From positions 108,011 through 172,010 of IMG/VR virus record IMGVR_UViG_3300021440_000014: 64,000 bases of DNA; one strand, given 5' to 3'. The notes beneath the pieces were generated by a model. That model was given only the letters and a program-made list of their open reading frames with translations. It did no database searches and had not been told where the DNA came from. The stretch is from a virus. This document shows positions 11,050 through 20,666 of this stretch, piece after piece. Position 1 is the first letter of the stretch. Each line of letters starts with the position of its first letter. The position numbers were made by a program, and so were the translations under genes.

Positions 11050-11148
11050 AAGATCTCAATCCTATCATGTTTTTTAGAACAGTCAAACGAAAATAAAAAA
11101 ACCGTTTCCCTTTTGGAGGAAACGGCTAGTCTACTATATTTTATATAT

Positions 11149-12210
11149 TTAATCGCTATTCATCGGCACCACACAGCTAAACATAATAAGCTTAACAATC
11201 GCCATTACGTTAGGTTTAGGCAGACTATTACCTACTAGATCCACCTTCACTTTCGACGCAAGAGTCACGCCATTTCTAATAACGTCTTGATATACCATCG
11301 TTCCGGTAAGTGAAGCTACGCTATTATCAACCTCAAAAAACGATGACTCGTCCGCCCGCTTTCCTCCTTGAAAAACTTCGTTGCCATTCGCCAATGGTTC
11401 GTTATAGCGCAAATCAAACTCGTATCTTCCTTGACCATCAGTAGCTCTCTTTGGGGACTCTATCCAACGAATAACACCTGATACGCGATCACTCTTAACT
11501 GTTCCTGAAACATCCGTAAACTGAACAGTGACATTATTCCAATACCAAGCACTCTTATCGTAGTCGTAGAACAGATCCCCGTTAACTGTAACTGGTTGAT
11601 AAATTTGAGCAGGACCAGCAGCGATGATATGCTGGCGAAACTCCATCTTATCGTATTTATTAAGAACAGTTATATCAGCTTTTCCGTTAATCATTCTCAC
11701 AATGGGGATAGCCTCCTTCTTTAGTTTGTCAAGCCAGTCAGAGGGACGATTCAATGGCTTGCCATTTGCGTTACCAGAGAACTTGCTTGTAAAGCCACCA
11801 CTTCTACCAATAGGTAGGACATCAACGCTAAGGTTATTGAAGTTATAAACCCCCTCTTGAGAGATAGGAACAGTTCCCAGCATCTTGCCAACCATTCTTA
11901 CATCTTGTGCGTTTCTTGGATTCACTACGCCAAGAGCCATATCATATTTGAGCTTACGGTTCTGAGTAACGCTCTTAGAGAATGTTCCCTCAACGATTTG
12001 AGGATAGTCGTAAATGTTACCAATAAATACAACGCTGTTATCAACATTAATGTTAAAATGATAAACGTCATTGGTTCCCTTTTTGTCTGGAAACTGTTTT
12101 GTAAGATAGGAGATATTGATATCTCCATTTACTTTAACCGGCGCATTTGATTGAGAGAATCCAATTTGAATGAACAAATTAAGGATAATAATTGCAATTA
12201 TGTTTTTCAT
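11149..12210 (-). CDS. secreted beta-rich hypothetical protein
   Basis: Signal peptide; 353-aa ORF. Confidence 0.55.
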   Translation of the reverse strand: MKNIIAIIILNLFIQIGFSQSNAPVKVNGDINISYLTKQFPDKKGTNDVYHFNINVDNSVVFIGNIYDYPQIVEGTFSKSVTQNRKLKYDMALGVVNPRNAQDVRMVGKMLGTVPISQEGVYNFNNLSVDVLPIGRSGGFTSKFSGNANGKPLNRPSDWLDKLKKEAIPIVRMINGKADITVLNKYDKMEFRQHIIAAGPAQIYQPVTVNGDLFYDYDKSAWYWNNVTVQFTDVSGTVKSDRVSGVIRWIESPKRATDGQGRYEFDLRYNEPLANGNEVFQGGKRADESSFFEVDNSVASLTGTMVYQDVIRNGVTLASKVKVDLVGNSLPKPNVMAIVKLIMFSCVVPMNSD

Positions 12211-12334
12211 ATTTTATTGATTTTCTTCGATTTGATCTACGGAAACTTCTTCGCTTTTATTGCTAGTAAGGATAAACAATCCAAAAAGAATCACAACAAT
12301 AATCACTAAAGATATTACTTTGTATTTCATTTGA

Positions 12335-13072
12335 TTACAGGGACAAGGGTTTAAGAGAGCCGTCTTCGCTTGATTCCTTTTTCGAGATTTTAACCTCTTC
12401 CTTTTCGTCCGCTGGGGCGTTAAGGAGCGATGTTTCAAGCTCAGAGAATGCGCGATTCATCCCGTCCTGAATAGAGAGCAACGCGACATCGTTCATGATC
12501 TTCGTCTGGAATTCCTGACCAAGATCAAATAGCTCCTGAGCCTTGGCGAAAGACTTTGCAATCTCCCATTCCTGTCTTTTTTCTTCAATAGTCTGCTCAA
12601 AAATTTCCAACTCCTTTTTGGCACGTTTATAGGCGGCACTTCGGACATCAATCAATTGCTGAAGCTTGACAAGCTTTGGCTCGAAATGGCTAGGCTTTCC
12701 GGGGAACTTCTCCTTAAAGGTAGTAACCTGACCATGAACGTTCTGCAACACAACATACGTATCGCGAATATTAGTCTCTCTCGCAGCTAATTCCTCCTTA
12801 CGACGCTTCCATTCCGTTTCAAGTGTCTCAATAGGGTTTGCGGCAGCTTCGGCTTTCAGTGCTTTAATTCTCCAATTGCCGATCTTTACGGCGACCAATG
12901 GAGCAAATTGAATTGCTGCAAAAGCAATCACAAATGCTACAATAAGCCCAACCAAGCCTTTAATAGCAATGAAGACGAATGGGGCGACAACGAAGCCAAT
13001 TACTGAAAAAATCAGCAGCTTCACCAATGTTTCTGTTCTTTGTTTCTTTTGTTCAATAGATATAGTTTTCAT
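12335..13072 (-). CDS. two-TM membrane protein with PspA-like coiled coil
   Basis: Two hydrophobic helices followed by a long heptad region. Confidence 0.55.
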   Translation of the reverse strand: MKTISIEQKKQRTETLVKLLIFSVIGFVVAPFVFIAIKGLVGLIVAFVIAFAAIQFAPLVAVKIGNWRIKALKAEAAANPIETLETEWKRRKEELAARETNIRDTYVVLQNVHGQVTTFKEKFPGKPSHFEPKLVKLQQLIDVRSAAYKRAKKELEIFEQTIEEKRQEWEIAKSFAKAQELFDLGQEFQTKIMNDVALLSIQDGMNRAFSELETSLLNAPADEKEEVKISKKESSEDGSLKPLSL

Positions 13073-13120
13073 ATTTTTATCAGTTGCTATGTTATTTTAT
13101 TTTTTTGTTTTAGTCAATGT

Positions 13121-14116
13121 TTAATTTTCAATAGCAAAAGGCTCAGACAATATTTTAAAGCTCATTCTGCCACCTAAAACCTCGCTTTGTTGTTCTTTAC
13201 AAGGTCTGCATACTATACCCTCTGCGCTGACGCCCTTTAAATATTCTTGCTCGTTAGCCATATTAATAAGCTGCTCTAAGCTGAAATTAAATTTTCCTGC
13301 CCAAACTACAGGGACAAATGGTAAATTATTTTCAACACAAAATTCCATGAAAACATCAAAATCCGCATATTTACGATGCTTTATGCTAAAAAAGTTAAAC
13401 AATGCAAGACTTATTTTTTCGGCTTTCATTGGGTTCTTTTGGATTCCCGGTCCATAGACTTCACCTTGCACAGCATAGTCTCCGGGGAATTTAGCTCTAA
13501 AAGCTCTCAAAGCTTCTTCTATTTTATATTCTCTAGCAACTTTCCAAAAACCATTCCCCTCTTCTTCTTTTAATTCTAAATTTCTGGAGCAAACTCCGAA
13601 TTTTTCGTCTTTAAGATAGAAGGTTCCGCTACTTCCATCCATTTTTAATGTAATACAAGATTCCTTGCCTTGGAGTTCTTTTATTACATCTGGATAGGTT
13701 CTACCATTCAATTCGTCTGTCCTCTTTAAAAAAGATGGGAAACTACCTTCTACTTTTCCGGCTAATTGTGCGGGAACCGGCTTTTCATATTTCTGAATAC
13801 CAGTTTGCTCCGTAACGTCCATTCCTTCGACAATACTATCTTTGTCCAAGAGAATATTGATAGGTAACGCAAGTCCTTCGGAATACTGCCCCTTAAGGCG
13901 AATGGTTTTTAATCTAAAATTCTTATTTCTAAGAAATTCATATTCTGGTTTTTGTGGCAAAATAGTATCGGAATAGTGATAAACACATAAATCGTTTTCC
14001 TGAAACTCATTTTTCTTGACGACTACCTTATAACCAAGGATATCCGCAACCAAAATGTTATCTGCCCCTTCAATAGGGGAAAGCTTTTTTATTCTTTCTA
14101 TACTAGCTAATTTCAT
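13121..14116 (-). CDS. ATP-dependent RNA ligase, DRB0094/Rnl5 family
   Basis: N-terminal LASI..I..L.PIEGAD, KMDGSS adenylation motif, QGEVYG, EGIV, SFK. Confidence 0.9.
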   Translation of the reverse strand: MKLASIERIKKLSPIEGADNILVADILGYKVVVKKNEFQENDLCVYHYSDTILPQKPEYEFLRNKNFRLKTIRLKGQYSEGLALPINILLDKDSIVEGMDVTEQTGIQKYEKPVPAQLAGKVEGSFPSFLKRTDELNGRTYPDVIKELQGKESCITLKMDGSSGTFYLKDEKFGVCSRNLELKEEEGNGFWKVAREYKIEEALRAFRAKFPGDYAVQGEVYGPGIQKNPMKAEKISLALFNFFSIKHRKYADFDVFMEFCVENNLPFVPVVWAGKFNFSLEQLINMANEQEYLKGVSAEGIVCRPCKEQQSEVLGGRMSFKILSEPFAIEN

Positions 14117-14160
14117 ATATTATAATTATCGTTTTGATTAGTGAAATGTCAATTTAAAAT

Positions 14161-14880
14161 CTATTTTAATTGAAAATATGCATACCCTACATTTTCATAT
14201 TCTTCAAATTTTAATAGCCTATGACTTGTGAACTTATCCCTAATCCAACTTAGATTTACAATAGGTTTATGATATTCTATAACTATATACTTACATTTAC
14301 TTAAAAAATATGCTTCTAGAGGATCTGATAAAAGATCATACTCTGCCCCTTCTATATCTATTTTCAAAAGATCGCATGGTGTTGACATGAAAGTTGCCCA
14401 TGCATCGGAGATTCTAATTTTTTCTTCTCCTAATTCCGAGCCGTAAACTATTTTAGACTCTGGAGAATGACTGTTTTCTATAAATTTACCTCCGCTATAT
14501 CCAACTAAACCTTTTAAAACATATACATTATCGGTGGCAGAATTAAGCTTTAAATTTGATAGACACTTTTTTATAGCCGTATCGCTTGCGTCTACAGCCA
14601 TTCCTGAAATTTTATTCTTAATGTTATTACAAAGCCATAATAAAAATAAACCTTTATTACATCCTACGTCATATACATAATTAAAATCCCATTTAAGAAT
14701 TATATCTGAATAGCCTAATCCATTCTTAATTCCATCTTTATTTGATTTCCAATCTTCTAAATCATAATTAAGATATTTTATTTTACCATAACTATTCAAT
14801 TTAGGATATGTAAAACAATATTTGTTTATTTTCTTTACAATTTTTTTGTACAAGGAAGTTTTTTTGAATTTATTAATCAT
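14161..14880 (-). CDS. FkbM-family methyltransferase
   Basis: YDVGCNKG; DLLKIDIEGAEYDLL; IVIEYH. Confidence 0.85.
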   Translation of the reverse strand: MINKFKKTSLYKKIVKKINKYCFTYPKLNSYGKIKYLNYDLEDWKSNKDGIKNGLGYSDIILKWDFNYVYDVGCNKGLFLLWLCNNIKNKISGMAVDASDTAIKKCLSNLKLNSATDNVYVLKGLVGYSGGKFIENSHSPESKIVYGSELGEEKIRISDAWATFMSTPCDLLKIDIEGAEYDLLSDPLEAYFLSKCKYIVIEYHKPIVNLSWIRDKFTSHRLLKFEEYENVGYAYFQLK

Positions 14881-15689
14881 TTTGCTCCTGTGCAGTTTTT
14901 ACATATCGAATAAGGTGTGCCGCCATTCCTAAGCTCTTTTCTAGCCTTTTTCCATTTTTTATTCCCTCTCCAAATATCTAATATAGGCTCATGGATAACA
15001 TTTCCTTCTATGTTTTCATGTTTGTAATCGCAGCAGCAAATAGATATATCTCCGTTAATTCGTATCGGTAAAACTCTTTTTGGGCTATTACAGTATCCAA
15101 GCTTAGGATTATTAACTGCTACTACTCCAGCAATGTTCATTAATTCCTTCTTATCTATCTTTGAATAAGTGAAAATATATGGATATTTATCACAAATAAG
15201 CTTTATTCTTTCTTCCCATCCCGGTTTAAGCGGTGGATGCTGAGTAATAGCAACCCTTTCAACTCCAGATTTTACCAATCTGTCAGCCAGTTCCATCGTC
15301 AAAAGATCTCCATTCGTAAAAATAATAGGCATTGACTTCGGAAGTTCTCTTTTTGTTTTTTCAATAAAAAAACATATCTCTGGATTAAGAAGAGGCTCGT
15401 TTAAATAGTGATATCCAACTGGACCAGCCCAATTGATTTGTTTTAGTCTACTGATTATTATATTAAAAATACCAATACTTATAAATTCTGGTTTTATCGG
15501 CGCAACGCTATTTGGGCAGTAATAGCAAGCCCTATTACATTGCGTGGAAGTCTCTATCCAGATAGCTTGAGGAAAGCGAAAATCTCGATATTTTATAAAA
15601 TTATATACTGAAATATATAGTAATTTTAATTTAAAAATTAGACTAAAGTGATTGAATCTCCTTAAGAAAGAGAGAGCTATATTTCTCAT
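14877..15689 (-). CDS. radical SAM/SPASM-domain protein
   Basis: CNRACYYC; C-terminal C..P..., CC.D, C..C. Confidence 0.85.
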   Translation of the reverse strand: MRNIALSFLRRFNHFSLIFKLKLLYISVYNFIKYRDFRFPQAIWIETSTQCNRACYYCPNSVAPIKPEFISIGIFNIIISRLKQINWAGPVGYHYLNEPLLNPEICFFIEKTKRELPKSMPIIFTNGDLLTMELADRLVKSGVERVAITQHPPLKPGWEERIKLICDKYPYIFTYSKIDKKELMNIAGVVAVNNPKLGYCNSPKRVLPIRINGDISICCCDYKHENIEGNVIHEPILDIWRGNKKWKKARKELRNGGTPYSICKNCTGAK

Positions 15690-15966
15690 TTTATTAAACA
15701 GATGATTTGTCCTCTAAATCTGCCTTCAAAAACGCAACAGCGTAAATTAAAGGTATAAATATATAAAATTTATCTGTTTTGGCCATTAAATAAAAAGAAA
15801 ATGAACAAAATAAAATATCATATAAATTAATAGTTTTTCTGGCTAAAAAATTGTTTACTTTTGTCAAAACTGTTTTCATATATTCATATTATATCCTTTT
15901 TATAAAAAGACAATAAAAAAACCCAGAAATCTTTCGACTTCTGGGCTTGGCTATAGACTCCGCAAA

Positions 15967-16191
15967 TTACTTAGGTTGTTCTTCTTTTTCGCCGAACCTC
16001 TGGACAGTTTTACCGGCAACAGCCACGCCAAACATGGTTATAACACTTTCTGGCACGGGCTGCAAAGCTAGAGACTTAACTGATAGATAAATCCAAGGAA
16101 CAAGAATACCAAAAGCCCAAGCTATTAAAATTAACCTAGAACTACTTAGTCCACCGCTATTATCTTGAAAGAATTCTAATAATTTATTCAT
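15967..16191 (-). CDS. small two-TM protein (holin-like)
   Basis: G.LSS.R then two TM helices; start placed at the ATG 8 nt after GTGTAA. Confidence 0.5.
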   Translation of the reverse strand: MNKLLEFFQDNSGGLSSSRLILIAWAFGILVPWIYLSVKSLALQPVPESVITMFGVAVAGKTVQRFGEKEEQPK

Positions 16192-16258
16192 ATTATGATT
16201 TACACATAATATGGGCATTTTTTACCACTTTCTATCTTTTGAAGATAGATGTCAGCCA

Positions 16259-17098
16259 TTAGCCTAGTTTATTAATGATATCCATATAATCGCAGTCAAA
16301 TAGTATTAAAAACCCGCTTTGATGAATGAATTTTACTCCGTCTAAATTTTTACATACATTAAAATCAATTAATGGGTTTTTTCTGGTAAGTCTATATTTA
16401 CCATCTATTCTAGTATTTAAAGCTAAAGTAATATCAACTCCGTTTTTCTTTTCAAACTCAGAAGCGGGAATTGAATGTGTAGCCTCTACTTTTAAAGAAG
16501 TATAATCTGCAATAGTTAATCCATTCGTCAATTTAATAATTTTAGCCTTTTCATCTACTTCTTCTTTGTAAATTAAATATTCTTGATAGGAGTCTACTAT
16601 AAAATCACCAATTGATGTCATTATACTCCCCAAATTGCTGGTTCTTTCTACTTCTGTGTATCCAGAGAATATATCTATCATTGCTTTTTCCACGGGAGAA
16701 AATACAAAAGGAATAGATTCGTTTGGGCATTTTAAAAAATTAGCTAATTTTTCAGGACCGCAATGATCGTAAATTTCAGTAGCCTTAATCCAAGGAGTAG
16801 CATTATAATTTCTCATTCCTAGATAATCCAATAAAAGAGTAAAGGCACATTGTTCCCCTCCTTTAATTTGATGGTGATCAAAATTAAGAAGATCCTCAGA
16901 ATGTATTTTGCCAAAATCGCAAATTATACAATTTGGATCATTAAGCTCTTCGTCTGTCGGCCAAGTCTTTCTTTGAATCTTATCAACATTTGACAATGAT
17001 AAAATCAAACAAGCACAAAGGAAATCATCTAAATGAGCATACCCGTCATGAACTATAGCCTTGGTTACTCGATCTAAATTTGGAATTAATTTTTTCAT
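16259..17098 (-). CDS. MYG1-family (DHH-like) exonuclease
   Basis: VHDGYAHLDD, D.G, FDHHQ, FIH.SGF motifs. Confidence 0.75.
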   Translation of the reverse strand: MKKLIPNLDRVTKAIVHDGYAHLDDFLCACLILSLSNVDKIQRKTWPTDEELNDPNCIICDFGKIHSEDLLNFDHHQIKGGEQCAFTLLLDYLGMRNYNATPWIKATEIYDHCGPEKLANFLKCPNESIPFVFSPVEKAMIDIFSGYTEVERTSNLGSIMTSIGDFIVDSYQEYLIYKEEVDEKAKIIKLTNGLTIADYTSLKVEATHSIPASEFEKKNGVDITLALNTRIDGKYRLTRKNPLIDFNVCKNLDGVKFIHQSGFLILFDCDYMDIINKLG

Positions 17099-17250
17099 AT
17101 TTTTAATTGCAATTTATATTATTACAAATACCCCTACCCCTAGAAGTATAATTAAGGCGACCGTTGCATTTATAACAAAATCCAAAGAAAGCCCAAATTT
17201 TTCTCTTGTAGTAAATTCTTTTATATTCTAATTTTTGCCAGTTCACAAGC

Positions 17251-17889
17251 TTAATCTATATATTTGTTAGAGTTTTCGGACACTTTTTCTGGATCTATTC
17301 CTAGCAAAAATTGAGTTAAACAACCATTGCAAGCGTAGTAACCTTGATTCGCGTATTTAAACATTCTTCTAAGGCTTGCGACCGGATAAGTAATTTTATT
17401 GACAACTATTCTTTTGTTAGCAATATCCCATAGCGCGAAATCTGAACAGTAAAATTCCTCGCCATCTGTTGCTAGTTGACAAAGTGTAAAATCGAAAGAA
17501 TCCAGCAGCGATTCAACTTTATCGTAATATTGAATACTTATTAATTGATAAATAATACCTTCATAAAGGATACTTCCATCTTCCGCTAAAATATCAACAA
17601 CGAGTTTAAGATTGAACTCATTTTTAGTTTCTGACTTTATCTTAATATTCTTATCAGATTTAATTCCTACATAAAATTCATCGAACTTCTCTTTAGATCT
17701 GAAGAAAAAATCAAAATCTGAATCCATTTTAGCACCAGTAATCATACGTCTGAGTGCTCCTCCCGCTAACCAACCATATTCTTTAATTTCTGGAGTATAA
17801 GCCGTCATTACATCATTAAACAGATTAAATCCTTTTGTAGCTGTATTTACCCTTGTTTGTATAAAATTGCCTAATTTAAATGTTTGCAT
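17251..17889 (-). CDS. nucleotidyltransferase (CCA/poly(A) polymerase head-like)
   Basis: WLAGGALR, SDFDFFF, SFDFTLCQ motifs. Confidence 0.7.
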   Translation of the reverse strand: MQTFKLGNFIQTRVNTATKGFNLFNDVMTAYTPEIKEYGWLAGGALRRMITGAKMDSDFDFFFRSKEKFDEFYVGIKSDKNIKIKSETKNEFNLKLVVDILAEDGSILYEGIIYQLISIQYYDKVESLLDSFDFTLCQLATDGEEFYCSDFALWDIANKRIVVNKITYPVASLRRMFKYANQGYYACNGCLTQFLLGIDPEKVSENSNKYID

Positions 17890-18066
17890 AATTTTATCTT
17901 TTGATTTCGAAATCTTTGTTACAAATAGAGCATTTTATCACGTATTTTCCTCCGTATTCAACCTGAATGGGAGTATGGTGTCTGCAATGCCTCGACTTAC
18001 AGTAAGCCTCGCTTACACCTGTAACATCGCATAAAAATTTTAAAAAATTCCAAATAATATTCATGA

Positions 18067-18558
18067 TTAGCTTAAGTCCTGTTCTCTGGCGCAGATTAAA
18101 ACTCGAATTCCTGAATTTTCAAAAACCTCTTGAATCATCGTATTAACGATATTCCAGTTTCCTCCCGCCAAACCACATTGAAATTTATAAGGAATACCTA
18201 GCGTTTTACATCCATTAAATTTTACGCCAAAACTATTCCGAACGGCCTCAAGGACTCTGTATGTCGCTTCATAATTACAGGCGCGAATGTCAGTTCGCGG
18301 CTCAAACTGACAGTAACCATTTACCACATATTTGATTTTACATGGAGAATAGTTTGGCTTGGTTATTCTGGCAAAAGAATAAGTTCCTAATTTCTTTCTG
18401 TCGCCTGATTTAGTCGCTTCATCGGCAATAATCGCTTCTGGCAAAAGCTTCCTTATCTGCCCCGCAATGCCAGAATACATTGCATTGCAGCAATTAGCTC
18501 CATGAAGCAAGACATCTATATTCTGCTCAAAAATATCACCCGTAATAAGTTTTATCAT
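18067..18558 (-). CDS. macro domain (ADP-ribose/Appr-1-p processing) protein
   Basis: GDIF, HGANC..M..GIA, GIP....CGLAGGNW. Confidence 0.85.
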   Translation of the reverse strand: MIKLITGDIFEQNIDVLLHGANCCNAMYSGIAGQIRKLLPEAIIADEATKSGDRKKLGTYSFARITKPNYSPCKIKYVVNGYCQFEPRTDIRACNYEATYRVLEAVRNSFGVKFNGCKTLGIPYKFQCGLAGGNWNIVNTMIQEVFENSGIRVLICAREQDLS

Positions 18559-18615
18559 AAAAAAATCGTAGTATTTTTATCTACTACGATTATGTTACTC
18601 TTTCTTTTTCCAAAA

Positions 18616-19242
18616 TCAAGCCTTTTTAGTATAAATAAACGGAGTCCAATCTTTGTGCCTTATTTCTTCTGGAATAAAGCACAAAACAGGAGACGGCTCT
18701 TTTGGTTGCTTAATCAAATTAAGGCCGACTTCATGATTAAACTTGTCGCCTTTTTTTGAATTAATGTTTTTGTCAGCGAGAACAACGTTAGTCCAAGTAT
18801 CTTTTCCCCCCTTCGATTTAGGGACCACATGATCCAAGTTGCCCGTTGACTTTGTTAGTTTTTTACCAGTATATTGGCAGACTCCTCCGTCTCTCTCCCA
18901 AATTGCCTGAGCGGTAAATCTCTTCACCTTCTTAGGCACTTTGCTAAAGTTAACGGCAATTAAAACCGTAGGAACTCTAATAGTTCTTTTTGAGGTATTA
19001 ATAGACAAGTCCCCTTCGCGCACTGGAAGGTCTATCCACTTATCAAAAGTCAAAGGCTCGGCAAAAACAAGCTCATTTGGATCTTCTTTAGAAAACTCAA
19101 TATTCAATGCGAGCATTGGCGGTGAGCCTTCCTCTCCGCTACCACCACACATTGCTATCAATGCGTCTTTGACAGACTTTTGGCCGATTGCCTCCCAATG
19201 AGAGTTAAGCACCAAAACTATTTTGGCGTCAATTATGTTCAT
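18616..19242 (-). CDS. HNH endonuclease
   Basis: VLVLN, RDGGVCQYTG, DHVVPKSKGG, WTNVV..N..K. Confidence 0.9.
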   Translation of the reverse strand: MNIIDAKIVLVLNSHWEAIGQKSVKDALIAMCGGSGEEGSPPMLALNIEFSKEDPNELVFAEPLTFDKWIDLPVREGDLSINTSKRTIRVPTVLIAVNFSKVPKKVKRFTAQAIWERDGGVCQYTGKKLTKSTGNLDHVVPKSKGGKDTWTNVVLADKNINSKKGDKFNHEVGLNLIKQPKEPSPVLCFIPEEIRHKDWTPFIYTKKA

Positions 19243-19249
19243 TCTTCTT

Positions 19250-19627
19250 TTATACTACATTTTTAAAAGAAGTCAATAATTTCTCAATATTATACTTGCC
19301 TATTACGTTCATGCTATGAACATGGCATTCTGGAAGTTTAAATTTATTTTCCTTGCAAAATTCAATTAAAAATTCTGCGCAATGATATCCGGTTTCTTTA
19401 TCTATCTTAGAGTAGTCAAAACCTTTAAAGGAACTATTAGCATATATCTCATAGTGAGACGGAGTTAAATCATGATCAAATGAAACTATGCTCGGCAGTC
19501 CCGCCTTCTTTATTGTTTTTTTGAAGTCTTCATAATTTCTAACAATTACCCAATCAACTGGAGGAAGATCTAGCCATTTAACGTCGCTCGGTTTTCTTAC
19601 GTCGTCTAAAAATAGATTGTATTTCAT
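19250..19627 (-). CDS. cyclic-phosphate processing receiver-like domain protein
   Basis: LFLDDVR.P, VSFDHDL, TGY, VHSMN..G. Confidence 0.75.
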   Translation of the reverse strand: MKYNLFLDDVRKPSDVKWLDLPPVDWVIVRNYEDFKKTIKKAGLPSIVSFDHDLTPSHYEIYANSSFKGFDYSKIDKETGYHCAEFLIEFCKENKFKLPECHVHSMNVIGKYNIEKLLTSFKNVV

Positions 19628-19799
19628 TTTTTCTTTAGCGTCTTTTTGCCCTTACAGGCTGGGCATTCAGTTTTTTCGGCTACGATGAATCCGGTTCCGT
19701 TGCAATAAGAACATTTTTCGCTCCAATTTATTTCAGAGTAGTTATCTCTAAAATTCTTTGAGAAATTATTTCTGGGCCTAGAACCTTTTCCATTCATAA

Positions 19800-20624
19800 T
19801 TAAACAACAGATCTACCGGATTCTTTCCAAGAAGAGTCTGAATCTACCTCATTGTTTCTATCTATTGCAGATTTTATTATGTATGATTTCATGGAAACTT
19901 GCTCCATTTGATTCAACATAGAACTCATATCCTTTGGGAAGCATGTTCCGCCAAAACCAAATTTTCCTTTATTACCCGGAACTTTCGTATGGCTCGCCCC
20001 TATTCGGCTATCTTTGACTACAGCTTCAATTACTGAGTTATAATTAAGATACGTCTTTTGACAGAATTCATAAATTTCATTAAAAAATGAAACTTTTGTG
20101 GCTAAAAAGCAGTTTCTTGTTAGTTTTACAAGTTCGGCCTCAGAAGAAGTAAGAAAAGAGATTAGATTACTATCTATCTTGGACGCATCAAAAGCTAAAT
20201 TAATAAGTTGTTTTATCTCCTTTTCGTCTTTCTCATTTTTAGCCCCAATAATCCAATTTTGAGTATTTTTGAAGTCATTTTTCCAATTAGCTTCCGTAAG
20301 GAACTCAGGGAAAAAAGATACGTTTTTGCTGCTACAGAAACCTACAGGAACAGTAGATCTTACAAAGACAGAGCCTTTATAATTTAGCGACTTTAATGCC
20401 TCTATCGCATTAGAAACAATATCAACATGGCATTTTCCATCGCTTGACATTGGAGTCGGCAAACAAATGAAAACCACTTCGCATTCAAGTAGATCCAAAA
20501 GTGATGAAACCCCTTTTGAGCACTTTTCTTTATTTCTATCATAAATTAATACCTCTACGCTAGGACATTCAAATAATGCTGTCGCTCCACCCACAAAGCC
20601 ATTTCCCACGATTCCTATTTTCAT
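19800..20624 (-). CDS. UDP-glucose/GDP-mannose dehydrogenase family
   Basis: GIVGNGFVG, CLPTP, RSTVP, PEFL, GFGGTCFPKD. Confidence 0.9.
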   Translation of the reverse strand: MKIGIVGNGFVGGATALFECPSVEVLIYDRNKEKCSKGVSSLLDLLECEVVFICLPTPMSSDGKCHVDIVSNAIEALKSLNYKGSVFVRSTVPVGFCSSKNVSFFPEFLTEANWKNDFKNTQNWIIGAKNEKDEKEIKQLINLAFDASKIDSNLISFLTSSEAELVKLTRNCFLATKVSFFNEIYEFCQKTYLNYNSVIEAVVKDSRIGASHTKVPGNKGKFGFGGTCFPKDMSSMLNQMEQVSMKSYIIKSAIDRNNEVDSDSSWKESGRSVV

Positions 20625-20666
20625 TATATATTATTATATTGAATCCTTATGGAAAATCAAGTTTTT

